A stretch of 64,000 bases of DNA from Nitrospinota bacterium (GCA_029881495.1 JAOUMJ010000004.1:28476-92475); one strand, 5' to 3'; shown: positions 38,469 through 49,013, numbered from the stretch's first letter. A program made the numbers and translations. Notes: a model not told the origin generated them from the letters alone.

Positions 38469-39023
38469 TTGAAAAGAAAGAACGGAGAGATACATGTCAT
38501 CGCGGCGGTAATCTCCCTACTTCTCTGCTCATCCGCCTTTTCAAGTGAGAAGGTATTCACCGAGTACCAGGTAAAATCCGTTTTCATATACAACTTCGCG
38601 AAGTTCGTCGACTGGCCCGAACAGGCATTCAGTAGCGAGGCCTCCCCTGTAAACGTATGCGTGCTTGGCGAAGACCCTTTCGGCAACGAGATGGACCTCC
38701 TCACAAAAAAATCGGCCAGGGGGAGAGGATTCGACGTTCTCAGGTTCAGCAAGTTCAAGGATAAGGAGGAGCTGAAATCGTGCCACCTCCTCTTTATCAG
38801 TAAATCGGAAGAAAGCCGTATCGGCTCGATAATCGAGTCCCTTTCGGGATTCGGTGTCTTAACCATATCCGATGTGGAAGGTTTCATGGATTCCGGGGGG
38901 ATCATTGAGTTCACGATGAGGGAGAACAAGGTTCGCTTCGCCGTAAATCTGAAGGCCTCCGAACAGGCAGGGATAAGAATAAGCGCGAAGCTTCTGAAAC
39001 TTGCCGAGGCGGTGAAAAAATAG
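38469..39023 (+). CDS. YfiR-like DUF4154 periplasmic protein (putative)
   Basis: Signal peptide; conserved N-terminal EYQVKSVFIYNFAKFVDWPE-type segment; TTG start with GGGGAG RBS; stop 3 nt before kinase start. Confidence 0.55.
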   Translation: MKRKNGEIHVIAAVISLLLCSSAFSSEKVFTEYQVKSVFIYNFAKFVDWPEQAFSSEASPVNVCVLGEDPFGNEMDLLTKKSARGRGFDVLRFSKFKDKEELKSCHLLFISKSEESRIGSIIESLSGFGVLTISDVEGFMDSGGIIEFTMRENKVRFAVNLKASEQAGIRISAKLLKLAEAVKK

Positions 39024-39025
39024 CC

Positions 39026-41296
39026 ATGCCGAAAACCAGGGACTTCACGATAAAGCAGAAGCTGGGGCTCATCATCGGGGTGACCACTGTTGTGGCGCTC
39101 CTTCTCGCTTCGGTGTCGTTCATCCTCTACCAGAGATACATGCTAAGGCAGACCATAGTGCAGGATCTCTCTTCGCTAGCGGAGATCACGGGAAACAACA
39201 ACGCCGCTTCACTCGCGTTCATGGACACCGGTTCGGCAAGGGATACGCTCGGTGGCCTGAGCGCCAGGCCGTCTATCGAAGGGGCCGCTATATACTCCGC
39301 TGACGGCGAGCTGTTCGTGAAATATATAAAGATGAACGCGGATTTTGACGTTCCTGAATACCCAGGCGAGGACGGGCAGAGCTTTTCAGGCGGGAGGCTT
39401 ATCCTTGCAAGGGGGATAATATTCGACGGTGAGAGGATAGGTACCTTTTTCCTGGCGGCAAACATGGACGAGCTGAACGCACTGACAATAAAAAGTTCGA
39501 TGACAGTTCTGCTGGTAATGTTTATTTCGTTGATAGCCTCAATGATCGTCTCTTCAAGGCTTCAGGGGCTTATTTCAAATCCGGTAGCGGCCCTTTCAAG
39601 CCTCGCCATATCGGTTTCTGAGAGCAAGGATTATTCCGTCCGCGCAAAAAGCGACAGCCGCGACGAATTCGGCGACCTCATGAACGCGTTTAACGAGATG
39701 CTTGAACAGATCCAGTCAAGGGATCAAAAGCTGAGGGAACATGGCAAAGAACTGGAAAAGGAAGTTGAGGAGCGTACAAGAGAGTTGAACATCGCCAATA
39801 CGAATCTAAACGAAGAACTATTGGACCGCAGAAAGGCGGAACAGGCGCTTGCCCGCACGCTAAGCGAACTGGAAACGATAATGAACGCAAATCCCGACAT
39901 CCTTTACGTCGTAAACATGGAAGGGAAACTGATCAAATGGAACAACGGACTGGCAATGCTCACTGGGCTGGGGCCGGACAAGCTGATGCTACGGCCGATA
40001 ACCGAATTCATTCATGAAGATGACCGGGATATCGTCATGAGGAGGGTAAAGGATGTATTCCAAAATGGGGAGGCAACGGTCGAAGCGAGATTCTTCGACA
40101 GGAACGGCGACCTTTTCCCTTACTACTGCAACGGAATTGTTCTCAGGAACGAAAAGGGGGAAGTGACCGGCTTTACCGGAACGGGGCGCGACATCTCCAT
40201 ACTGAAGGAGACAGAGCTAGAACTGCGAAGGGCAAAGGATAGCGCCGAGGAGGCCACAAGGCTAAAGGACAAGTTCGTATCGCTAGTTTCCCACGACCTC
40301 AAAGGGCCTCTTGGAAGTCTTTTGGGATTTCTGGAGCTTATCAAAAGGGACTCTGCGAATGGCATCTCTGCGGAATCGGGAAAGTACCTAAGCATCGCCC
40401 TAGATTCCGGCGAGAAAATGCTCACATTGATAGATGATCTCCTCAACATCAGCAGGCTCAAGACCGGAAACATCATGCCGCACTACACATTCAACGATCT
40501 TCACATTATCATGTTGAAGATTCTTTCCGGCCTCGCCTATCCCGCGTCCCTGAAGGGTGTGACAATACAGAACGACGTAAGACCCGGCATCCGCGTATAT
40601 GCCGATAAACAGCTTCTGCAGGAGGTTTTGCAAAACCTTATTTCAAATGCGGTGAAGTTCTGCAATCAAGGGGACACTATCAGGATATTCCTTCCGTCAG
40701 GAAACGGGGGGCAAATTTCCGTTGCCGACACCGGGCAGGGGATCGCCCCCGAAAGGATAGGTAAACTCTTTAATTACGAAGAGAAGACCTCCACTATAGG
40801 CACCGCAGGTGAGACCGGAACGGGGCTGGGGCTCCCGCTTTCAATGGACATCATAAAGGCGCACAAGGGGAACATAGCCATAAGTTCCGAAGTTGGCATA
40901 GGGAGCACTTTCACCGTTTCGCTCCCGATAGTGAAGCCTGTCATTCTCCTTGTGGAAGACGACATAAACCTGATGGAACTCGTAAAGTTCATGCTTGAAG
41001 GGCTGGATGTGTTTATTATGGAAGCGAGGGACGGACAGGAAGCACTCGATATTCTCAGCGAGAAAACCCCTCATCTCATTCTCTCCGACATAATGATGCC
41101 GCGAGTGGATGGTATGGAACTGCTCGAAAAGGTGAGAAATACCGAACTCCTTAAAGATATCCCTTTTATAGTAATGACAACTTCCAGGGAGCCTGAAGTA
41201 TCGGAGAGAGCTTTTCAGCTTGGAGCGGACGACTTCCTGGTAAAACCGGTCACGCAAAACGAAATGATCCCGCGTATCAAGAGATTTATTTTATAG
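39026..41296 (+). CDS. hybrid sensor histidine kinase (periplasmic sensor, HAMP, PAS, HisKA, HATPase_c, receiver)
   Basis: Two TM helices flanking a ~130-aa periplasmic domain; H-box SLVSHDLKGPL; G boxes DTGQGIAPE, GTGLGLPLSMDI; REC ILLVEDD ... ILSDIMMPRVDG. Confidence 0.85.
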   Translation: MPKTRDFTIKQKLGLIIGVTTVVALLLASVSFILYQRYMLRQTIVQDLSSLAEITGNNNAASLAFMDTGSARDTLGGLSARPSIEGAAIYSADGELFVKYIKMNADFDVPEYPGEDGQSFSGGRLILARGIIFDGERIGTFFLAANMDELNALTIKSSMTVLLVMFISLIASMIVSSRLQGLISNPVAALSSLAISVSESKDYSVRAKSDSRDEFGDLMNAFNEMLEQIQSRDQKLREHGKELEKEVEERTRELNIANTNLNEELLDRRKAEQALARTLSELETIMNANPDILYVVNMEGKLIKWNNGLAMLTGLGPDKLMLRPITEFIHEDDRDIVMRRVKDVFQNGEATVEARFFDRNGDLFPYYCNGIVLRNEKGEVTGFTGTGRDISILKETELELRRAKDSAEEATRLKDKFVSLVSHDLKGPLGSLLGFLELIKRDSANGISAESGKYLSIALDSGEKMLTLIDDLLNISRLKTGNIMPHYTFNDLHIIMLKILSGLAYPASLKGVTIQNDVRPGIRVYADKQLLQEVLQNLISNAVKFCNQGDTIRIFLPSGNGGQISVADTGQGIAPERIGKLFNYEEKTSTIGTAGETGTGLGLPLSMDIIKAHKGNIAISSEVGIGSTFTVSLPIVKPVILLVEDDINLMELVKFMLEGLDVFIMEARDGQEALDILSEKTPHLILSDIMMPRVDGMELLEKVRNTELLKDIPFIVMTTSREPEVSERAFQLGADDFLVKPVTQNEMIPRIKRFIL

Positions 41297-41714
41297 GCCG
41301 CTACAGGCGGTTGTACTTCGGTTCACATTTTTCGATTCCTTTGTTCGATAAACGTACAGCAATCCAGATATTTTGCGTATTGACGGTACCGGAGTTCAGA
41401 AATTATGAAACTTCCAGATATTGTTAAGCTTAAGCCTTATGAAACCAAATCCTTGCATGTGGTAAAATGTACTTGGTTGGAACTTCCATCCGAAATATGC
41501 GCACTAAACGGTGGAAATTCCCTAAAGGGGAGAAATCAGATTTGTTGCGAAATGGAACGTTTTTTTTACTGATTTTCTGCATCATGGAAGCTACGAAAGG
41601 GAGAAGCTGATCTCTCTGGATGAAAGCGACGGCATAAAAAACCGTCAATTTCCCGTATGGGTGTACGTAATGCAAGGAGTAGCCTGAGACAGATCAGGAT
41701 CTTTCGGTGTAAAT

Positions 41715-44700
41715 ATGACCTCAAAGCCGCAATCAGGGATAGCAAAGCTGATTTTTTCCCCTTGGGGAGCCGTATTGGTATGGAGTGTCTTTATCGCCAT
41801 CTCCCTTCTGTGGAACATCAGCCACCATAGGAAAGACACCCTGGAAATGGCGGTCAAGGAAGCAACCATCCACTTCAACAAGGATCAGGCTTTCAGGTAC
41901 TGGGTTACTTCGCATGGCGGCGTTTACGTCCCTGTGGATGAAAGAACACCTCCAAATCCTCTTCTTTCGCATGTGCCGGAAAGGGATATCGAAACCAAAT
42001 CGGGAAAAAAACTTACCCTGATGAATCCCGCTTACGCCTTGCGCCAGTTGATGAACGATTACAGCGACAAATACGGGATAAAAGGGCGCATTACGAGTCT
42101 GAAACTCCTTAACCCGGCAAACGCTCCCGACGAGTGGGAAAAGAAAGCGCTAAAGTCCTTCGAGAATGGCGCGGCTGAAGCGGTTGAATTCACCAAGATC
42201 GACGGCGTTCCGTTTCTGAGGTTCATGCGTCCGATGATCACCGAAGAGGGATGTCTTAAATGTCACGCGCATCAAGGGTACAAGGTCGGCGATGTGAGGG
42301 GTGGGGTCGGGGTAATCCTTCCGGTACAGCCGTATATGGAAATAGAGAAAAGCGAAGTTGCATCAATAGCCATCTCGCACAACCTGTTCTGGATAATCGG
42401 GCTTTTTGCCATCGGGTTCGTATCGAGGCTGAATAAAAAGAGGATACAGGAAAAGAGCGAGGCCGAACAGGCAGTTTTCCTTTTCAGGACCCTTCTTGAC
42501 CGCTCCAGCGACGCCATCACCGTTGTTGATCCCGACAACGGAAGGTTCCTCGATTTCAATGAAAAGTTCTGCGCTAATCTCGGTTACGGACGCCATGAGA
42601 TCATGGGGAAGAGCATTATTGATATCGATTCAACCATCAAGGATATCTACGAGTGGAACAAGCGAATTGAAGAGCTGGAGAAACATGAAGAGCTTGTTTT
42701 TGAGAGTGTGCATGTCCGGAAGGATGGCTACAAATTTCCGGTAGAGGTCAGCGTAAAGCTTGTTCGGGAAAAAGGGAAGAGGTTTATCATTGGAGTCACC
42801 AGGGATATTACGGAGAGAAAGCGCGCGGAAGAGGCGCTCTTGCGGAGCGAGGAAAAATACAGGCTGTTGGTGGAGAGCGGTCTCCTGATCGCGTGGGAAG
42901 CGAAGTTCCCTTCGCGGCAGTTCACCTTTGTAAGCTCGCATGCCGGAAAGCTCACAGGCTACAGCGAAAAGGAGTGGTGCAAGCAGGATTTCTGGGTGAA
43001 CCATCTTTATACCGAAGACAGGGAGAAGGCAATAAAACAGAGCGGGGAGCTTGTCAAAAAAGGTGAGGGTCACACACTCGAATATCGGATGATCGCGAAG
43101 GACGGCAAGGTTATCTGGTTCAAGGATATGGTGAGCGTCATAAAGGATTCGGCCTCGGCGCCTGTCGGCCTGCGCGGGTTCCTTACCGATATAACAGAAA
43201 GAAAAAACATGGAAGATCTTGCCAAGAGCAGGGGGGAATCCCTCGCCAGAGCGCAGGAGATAGCGCACATAGGGAGCTGGAGCTGGGATGTTCAAACAGG
43301 CCATCTCTACTGGTCCGACGAAAATTTCAGGCTCTTCGGATTCTCTCCCCAGGAATTCGAGCCTACGTATGAAAAGTTCCTTGAAATTTTACATCCATCC
43401 GATAGAGAGAGCGTGATCCAGGCCGTCAATCTCACGCTGGAGGGGGGCGGGAATTACGATATTGAACATAGGATCGTCCGTCCCGACGGCACGGTAAGGC
43501 TGATACATGGGCAGGGGAGGGTTGAATACGGGAGGGACGGAACGCCTGCAAGGATGTATGGCACGGGACACGATATCACCGATCAGCGGAAATCCGAGGA
43601 GACCATGCGTCTGCAGAGCGAGATGATGGCGAACATGGGGGAGGGGGTTCTGCTGATAAAGGCCGACAACATGAAAATAGTTCACGCGAATTCCAGACTT
43701 GAGAAGATGTTCGGCTATGGTGAGGGGGAGCTTTTGGACAAAGAGGTCGCCATACTTAACGCGCCCACGGAACGCGATCCGAAGGAGACCGCGAGGGGAA
43801 TAGTCACTCTGCTGCAGGAAAAAGGTTTCTGGCAGGGGGAGGTTCACAATATCAAAAAGGACGGTTCCACGTTCTGGTGTTTTGCGTCAATCGCGGGGTT
43901 CGACCACCAGGAGTACGGGAAGGTCTGGATATCGGTGCATGCCGACATAACCGAAAACAAACGCGCAGAGGAAGAAAAACTTCTTTTCAGGAGGCTTGTC
44001 AACAGATCTAACGACATGATCCTTCTGGTCGACCCGGAGAGCGCGCTCATTCTCGATATAAACGACAAGGGGTGCGAGCACCTCGGATATGACCGTGAAG
44101 AGTTGATGAAGATGCGGGTAATAGATTTCGACGCAACCGTAAGTGAAGTTGAAGCGTGGCAGGCACACACTGCGGAGCTGGAAGCTAAGGATTCACTCCT
44201 CTTTGAAAGCGTTCATATAAGAAAAGACGGCGCCCGGATACCGGTAGAGATAAACGTAAAGCTGGTTTCGGAGAGCGGCAGAAGCTTTATAATCGGCGTG
44301 GTTCGGGATATATCCGACAGAAAGCGCGCCGAAGAAGAGCTGAGAAACAGCCAGAAGATACTCGCCCGCGCCCAGAAGATAGCAAATATTGGAAACTGGA
44401 CATGGGATGTGCCGGATCAGAAGTTCAGCTGGTCGGATGAGCTCTATCACATACTCGGTTTAAGCGAGAAGAAGGGGAAGGCGGATTACCTGGCGATACT
44501 GGAGACGACCCACCCGGAGGAGAGGGAAGGATTGAAGCGGGCAATTTTCGATGCGCTCGAAGAGAAAAAGCCATGGAACCTTGATCACAGAATAGTTCTT
44601 GAGGATGGGAATATTCGCGTAGTGCATCACCAGGGGGAGGTCACCTTGAACAGCGATGAGGAGGTCCTCCTCATCGAAGGGACGTTGCAGGATATTACCG

Positions 44701-46184
44701 AACGGAAGGAGGCCGAGCGCGCCCTGGAAAAGTCGGAGAGAAATATCAGGGCGATAGTCAAATCGGTCGGAGAAGGGATAGTCGTTGCCAATCGTGATTC
44801 GCGGGTGACATTCGTGAACGGAGAGCTCTGCGAAATTTTCGGCTGTTCCGAAGAGGAGATTATCGGACAGCCGCTCGAAATACTTATGCCGGAGCGTTTC
44901 AGGGAATCTCACAGGACGTCATTCAAGAGATATCTGGAAGGTGGGAAAGCGAGGGTCGTAGGGAAGAGGATCGAACTGGAAGGCCTTCGAAAGGATGGCT
45001 CGGAGTTCCCGCTTGAACTGAGGATCGAGGAGTCGGTATGGGATCACCAGGAGAAATTCTTCGTAGGCGCGATAAGGGATATTACTGAAAGCAGGCGAAT
45101 CTTCGAGGAGCTCCGAAAGGCGAAGGAAGAGGCTGAAGGGGCCACAAAACTGAAGGACAAGTTTGTGTCGATGGTCTCGCACGACCTCAAGGGGCCGCTT
45201 GGGAACATGATGGGATACCTGAAACTGCTGTTGAACGAGCAGGCCGAGCCGCTGGGGGAAGGGGCAAATGTCATCCTCGGGTCCGCGCTGAAATGCGGCG
45301 AGGGGATGATAAGCCTGATAGAAGAACTCCTGAATATCTCCCGGCTTAAGACCGGTAAGCTGGTTCCGCAGATGAGATTCCACGATCTGTATGTTGTCTC
45401 ATTGAGAGCGCTTTCGGGTCTCAGCTATCTCGCCCTCCAGAAAGGGATCGAAATTGTTAACGAAATAAAGCCCGGTGCGAGGGTCTTCGGAGACGAGCAG
45501 CTCCTTTCGGAGGTTGTCGCTAACGTCCTTTCTAACTCGATAAAATTCAGCGGGCGCGACAGCAGGATAACGATATCCCACTCCGCAGGAGAGAAGACAC
45601 TCCTTGCCATCAAGGATAACGGAGTGGGAATTCCGCCCGAAAAAATTGAATTCCTGTTTGATTATGAGGTGAAGACATCGACCGTCGGAACCGCCGGGGA
45701 GACCGGCACCGGCCTCGGTCTCCCGCTGGCAATGGATATCGTCAAGGCGCATGGGGGGGATATATCGGTGGATTCAAAGCCGGATGCCGGGAGCAGCTTC
45801 ACTATTGCGCTTCCGGTCGTGACGCCGAGGATCCTCGTGGCGGATGACGATGAAGGTGTACTCCATATCATCAGAACGATCCTTGCGGATGAGTCGGTGG
45901 AGATAATCGAAGCGCTCGACGGCAAGGAGGCGATGGAGCTCATCAGGGAGAAGGCTCCGCACTTTATAATCGCCGATTTCCACATGCCTGAGATCGACGG
46001 CCTAAAGCTCCTCGAAAGGGTGAAAAAAGAGAAGTCGATCAAGAACGCGGTATTCTTTATCATGACAAGCGACAAGGATACAGAGATAAAGGAGAGGGCG
46101 TTCCAGCTTGGGGCGGATGATTTTCTAAACAAACCGATATTGAAGGGGGACCTCCTCCCCAGGGTGAGGAGATATATAATTTAG
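41715..46184 (+). CDS. giant multi-PAS hybrid sensor histidine kinase with N-terminal CxxCH heme-type periplasmic domain
   Basis: 1489 aa; periplasmic N-domain with CLKCH motif (near 42252-42266); TM helix; at least five PAS/PAC modules; H-box SMVSHDLKGPL; HATPase_c; C-terminal REC. Confidence 0.85.
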   Translation: MTSKPQSGIAKLIFSPWGAVLVWSVFIAISLLWNISHHRKDTLEMAVKEATIHFNKDQAFRYWVTSHGGVYVPVDERTPPNPLLSHVPERDIETKSGKKLTLMNPAYALRQLMNDYSDKYGIKGRITSLKLLNPANAPDEWEKKALKSFENGAAEAVEFTKIDGVPFLRFMRPMITEEGCLKCHAHQGYKVGDVRGGVGVILPVQPYMEIEKSEVASIAISHNLFWIIGLFAIGFVSRLNKKRIQEKSEAEQAVFLFRTLLDRSSDAITVVDPDNGRFLDFNEKFCANLGYGRHEIMGKSIIDIDSTIKDIYEWNKRIEELEKHEELVFESVHVRKDGYKFPVEVSVKLVREKGKRFIIGVTRDITERKRAEEALLRSEEKYRLLVESGLLIAWEAKFPSRQFTFVSSHAGKLTGYSEKEWCKQDFWVNHLYTEDREKAIKQSGELVKKGEGHTLEYRMIAKDGKVIWFKDMVSVIKDSASAPVGLRGFLTDITERKNMEDLAKSRGESLARAQEIAHIGSWSWDVQTGHLYWSDENFRLFGFSPQEFEPTYEKFLEILHPSDRESVIQAVNLTLEGGGNYDIEHRIVRPDGTVRLIHGQGRVEYGRDGTPARMYGTGHDITDQRKSEETMRLQSEMMANMGEGVLLIKADNMKIVHANSRLEKMFGYGEGELLDKEVAILNAPTERDPKETARGIVTLLQEKGFWQGEVHNIKKDGSTFWCFASIAGFDHQEYGKVWISVHADITENKRAEEEKLLFRRLVNRSNDMILLVDPESALILDINDKGCEHLGYDREELMKMRVIDFDATVSEVEAWQAHTAELEAKDSLLFESVHIRKDGARIPVEINVKLVSESGRSFIIGVVRDISDRKRAEEELRNSQKILARAQKIANIGNWTWDVPDQKFSWSDELYHILGLSEKKGKADYLAILETTHPEEREGLKRAIFDALEEKKPWNLDHRIVLEDGNIRVVHHQGEVTLNSDEEVLLIEGTLQDITERKEAERALEKSERNIRAIVKSVGEGIVVANRDSRVTFVNGELCEIFGCSEEEIIGQPLEILMPERFRESHRTSFKRYLEGGKARVVGKRIELEGLRKDGSEFPLELRIEESVWDHQEKFFVGAIRDITESRRIFEELRKAKEEAEGATKLKDKFVSMVSHDLKGPLGNMMGYLKLLLNEQAEPLGEGANVILGSALKCGEGMISLIEELLNISRLKTGKLVPQMRFHDLYVVSLRALSGLSYLALQKGIEIVNEIKPGARVFGDEQLLSEVVANVLSNSIKFSGRDSRITISHSAGEKTLLAIKDNGVGIPPEKIEFLFDYEVKTSTVGTAGETGTGLGLPLAMDIVKAHGGDISVDSKPDAGSSFTIALPVVTPRILVADDDEGVLHIIRTILADESVEIIEALDGKEAMELIREKAPHFIIADFHMPEIDGLKLLERVKKEKSIKNAVFFIMTSDKDTEIKERAFQLGADDFLNKPILKGDLLPRVRRYII

Positions 46185-46304
46185 CTGCCGAGGGTTGCAG
46201 TCCTTTGCTGTTCATAGTCATGGCAGTTCAATCACCTTTGCGGACGCGGGAATGAAAAATATCCAGCGCGATCGGGCGGGAAAAGAGCGTTTGAGTAATC
46301 TCGC

Positions 46305-48116
46305 CTACCTTCCGAAGTGGCGGAACAGTCTTTCTTTTTCGATGTTTATCGCCACCGGCCTTCCATGCGGGCAGGTGTAGGGGAGTTCGGCTCTACCGAG
46401 TTCGGCGACCATCGCGGTTATTTCGTTGAGCGAAAGTGTATCTCCCGCCATGACCGCCGCTCTGCATGCCATGTTTGAAACGAGTCCCGATATCATCGTC
46501 GTGAAATCGGAGTCGCGGTTTCCAGCGATACTCTCGGCGAGTTCGTCGATGAGCGGGACGATATCCTTTCCCGAAAGGATGGCCGGGATCTCCCGGACGA
46601 TGAAAGAGGTGTCGCCGAACTCCTCTATCTTCCATCCCAGGTCGTCGAACGTTTTGAGATGGGCGCGTATGACATCTGCCCGCCCATGTTTTTTGTCTAT
46701 CGTCAGTGGGATAAGTAGCTGTTGCCGCTCTACCTTTTTCTCCTTCAGTCGCTTGAGGAACTTTTCATAAAGTATCCTCTCGTGAACGGTATGCTGATCC
46801 ATTATTACCAGCCTGTTGCCGTCTTCAATGATGAGAAGGGTATCGAACAGCTGACCGACAACTTTCGATTGAGGGGAGAGGACACCATGCACCGGCGAAA
46901 ATACCGGAATCTCCCCAAGGGGGGGGTAATTGCTTCTGTCGTTTTCTCTGAGCGGTTCGCTCCAAAGCTCGAACGATCGTTCAAACCCGGCAGACATCCC
47001 CGTTTCGCGCTTGTTGGCAAGATGAGGCTCCATTTTGGGAGCGGGATAACCGGAGAGCGCCGGGGCGACGTAGTAGTCTGTACCGGCAGTTTGCGCCGCG
47101 ACAGAGTATCCACCTCCACCGGCGTATTTTGAAAGCGACTGCCTGACGCAGGCGATGATGGCGGAAGTAATCCTCCCGGGGTCGGAAAAACGGACTTCGG
47201 CCTTTGTCGGGTGAACATTGACGTCGACTTCATTTACAGGGAGTTCGATAAAGATGAAGATGACCGGCTTTCTGCCGCGCGGGATGAGATCGTCGAACGC
47301 CCTGGCGAGCGACATCCTGATAAGGGGATCCTTCACCGGACGGTTGTTAACGAAAAAATATTGGTCCAGATTTGTTGCCCGGTTGAATTCCGGCTTTCCG
47401 GCGAGGCCTGAGACATGGAGTGTGCCGTCGGCCAATTCCATCTTCACCAGGTTTTCAGAATATTCCGAGCCGAATATCTGGTGAACCCTTTCGAGGAGCG
47501 ACGAGGCGGGGGGGAACTCCATCACCCTCTTTTTCTCCTTTATGAATGTGTACCTGACGGAGGGGGTCGCCAGCGCGGCCTGTATTATCCTTCCGGTGAT
47601 GTGACCCATTTCGGTTGTGTTGGCCCTTGCGAACTTCCTCCTGGCCGGCGTGTTGTAGAAAAGGTTTTCAACAATAGCCTCCGTTCCGCCGATAGGGGGG
47701 CTTTCATGGCTGCTCACGGTTTTGCCGCCGTCGACCACTATTGTCCTTCCGCTCTTTTCGCCGCTCCTTTGTGATGAGAGCGTAAACCGCGAAACGGAAG
47801 CAATCGAGGGGAGCGCCTCGCCACGGAAGCCGTAAGTGCCGATATTGAATATGTCGTCGAGCTCGAATACCTTGCTCGTCCCATGCCTCGCAACCGCCAG
47901 ATGAAGCTCGCCGGAGGGTATCCCCGCGCCGTTGTCCTTTACACGGATCCTCTTCCGTGATAGCGACACCTCCACCTCTATGGAGGTCGCCCCGGAATCG
48001 AGGGAATTTTCGATAAGCTCCTTTATGACGTTTGCGGGCCTCTCGATCACTTCACCAGCCGCTATCTGGCTGGCAAGCTCCGGGGGCATAACTTTTATTT
48101 GACCGCTATTCTCCAT
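46305..48116 (-). CDS. mutL: DNA mismatch repair protein MutL
   Basis: N-terminal IKVMPPELASQIAAGEVIERPANVIKELIENSLDSGA (GHKL ATPase); C-terminal dimerisation domain. ORF track start is 48209; 48116 preferred by N-terminal alignment. Confidence 0.9.
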   Translation of the reverse strand: MENSGQIKVMPPELASQIAAGEVIERPANVIKELIENSLDSGATSIEVEVSLSRKRIRVKDNGAGIPSGELHLAVARHGTSKVFELDDIFNIGTYGFRGEALPSIASVSRFTLSSQRSGEKSGRTIVVDGGKTVSSHESPPIGGTEAIVENLFYNTPARRKFARANTTEMGHITGRIIQAALATPSVRYTFIKEKKRVMEFPPASSLLERVHQIFGSEYSENLVKMELADGTLHVSGLAGKPEFNRATNLDQYFFVNNRPVKDPLIRMSLARAFDDLIPRGRKPVIFIFIELPVNEVDVNVHPTKAEVRFSDPGRITSAIIACVRQSLSKYAGGGGYSVAAQTAGTDYYVAPALSGYPAPKMEPHLANKRETGMSAGFERSFELWSEPLRENDRSNYPPLGEIPVFSPVHGVLSPQSKVVGQLFDTLLIIEDGNRLVIMDQHTVHERILYEKFLKRLKEKKVERQQLLIPLTIDKKHGRADVIRAHLKTFDDLGWKIEEFGDTSFIVREIPAILSGKDIVPLIDELAESIAGNRDSDFTTMISGLVSNMACRAAVMAGDTLSLNEITAMVAELGRAELPYTCPHGRPVAINIEKERLFRHFGR

Positions 48117-48234
48117 AAGCCGATAATTTACCTTTCTGTCTGCATGGTAATAGTAATGCGTCCGCCATGCAAGCGGTAAGATAATTAATGGTAGTAATAT
48201 ATATACCACATAACAGGAGACGAGTCTGAGCGAA

Positions 48235-48969
48235 ATGAAGAGCGATAAACCAAGTCAGTTAAGGTTCGGATTGACCCTGCCGGAGAAGACTCTCTTTTCG
48301 CTAGGCAGGTTCATCGAGGGGGAGCACAACGCAGTCCCGCTCGAGGCAGCAAGAAGGTTCACGCGCGAGGGGAATATCCAAAGCCTGGTGATCTTCGGGA
48401 GCCGGGGATCCGGCAAGAGCCATCTCCTTAAAGGGATGGCGATAAATATCGCGGATGAAAGATCAACCGCCGTAGTCGACGCGGCTGAAATGCTGAATAA
48501 AAGGAAGATACGGGAAGAGATGAAGAATCTTGCCGGCTATCAGGTTGTCTGCATCGACAACCTTGACGCCCTCTCTGGAACGCCGGAGCTTTTCGATGAG
48601 GTTTTCCACCTCTTCAACGAACTCACGGGGAAGGGGGGATTTTTCGCCGCCACAATGGAAGAGTCGCCGGCAAGGGGGGGGAATATGCCGGACTACCTCT
48701 ATACCAGGCTCCTCTCCGGACTGATAGTGGCAATCGAAAGGCCCGGTGATGCGGAGAAGGGGGAGATACTCAAAAAACTCGCCGCCGACAGGCAGATCGA
48801 ACTTTCGCAAAAAGAGGTCAAGTACATCCTTGAGCACTCCGCCAGGTCGATCGGCGATCTCGTAGGGCTGCTCGGCAGGCTCGAATCGATGCTTGGAAAA
48901 GGGGAGCGCAACATCGGCATACAGCATATAAAGGAGGCGATGTCGGCCGGTGAAATATTCAAAAAGTAA
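48235..48969 (+). CDS. DnaA-homolog AAA+ protein (Hda-like, putative)
   Basis: Walker A GSRGSGKSHLL, Walker B VVCIDNLD; ~240 aa like Hda/DnaA domain III. Assignment tentative. Confidence 0.5.
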   Translation: MKSDKPSQLRFGLTLPEKTLFSLGRFIEGEHNAVPLEAARRFTREGNIQSLVIFGSRGSGKSHLLKGMAINIADERSTAVVDAAEMLNKRKIREEMKNLAGYQVVCIDNLDALSGTPELFDEVFHLFNELTGKGGFFAATMEESPARGGNMPDYLYTRLLSGLIVAIERPGDAEKGEILKKLAADRQIELSQKEVKYILEHSARSIGDLVGLLGRLESMLGKGERNIGIQHIKEAMSAGEIFKK

Positions 48970-49013
48970 AATTGGAAAGAGGGCTCGATTTTTAATATCA
49001 TACTGATTGGAGT

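Noticed and set aside
41405-41572. 55-aa plus-strand ORF and an 81-aa minus-strand ORF in the gap before the giant kinase
   Set aside because: No RBS, no recognisable domain, unusual composition; more likely untranslated leader sequence. Kept as a low-priority candidate only.
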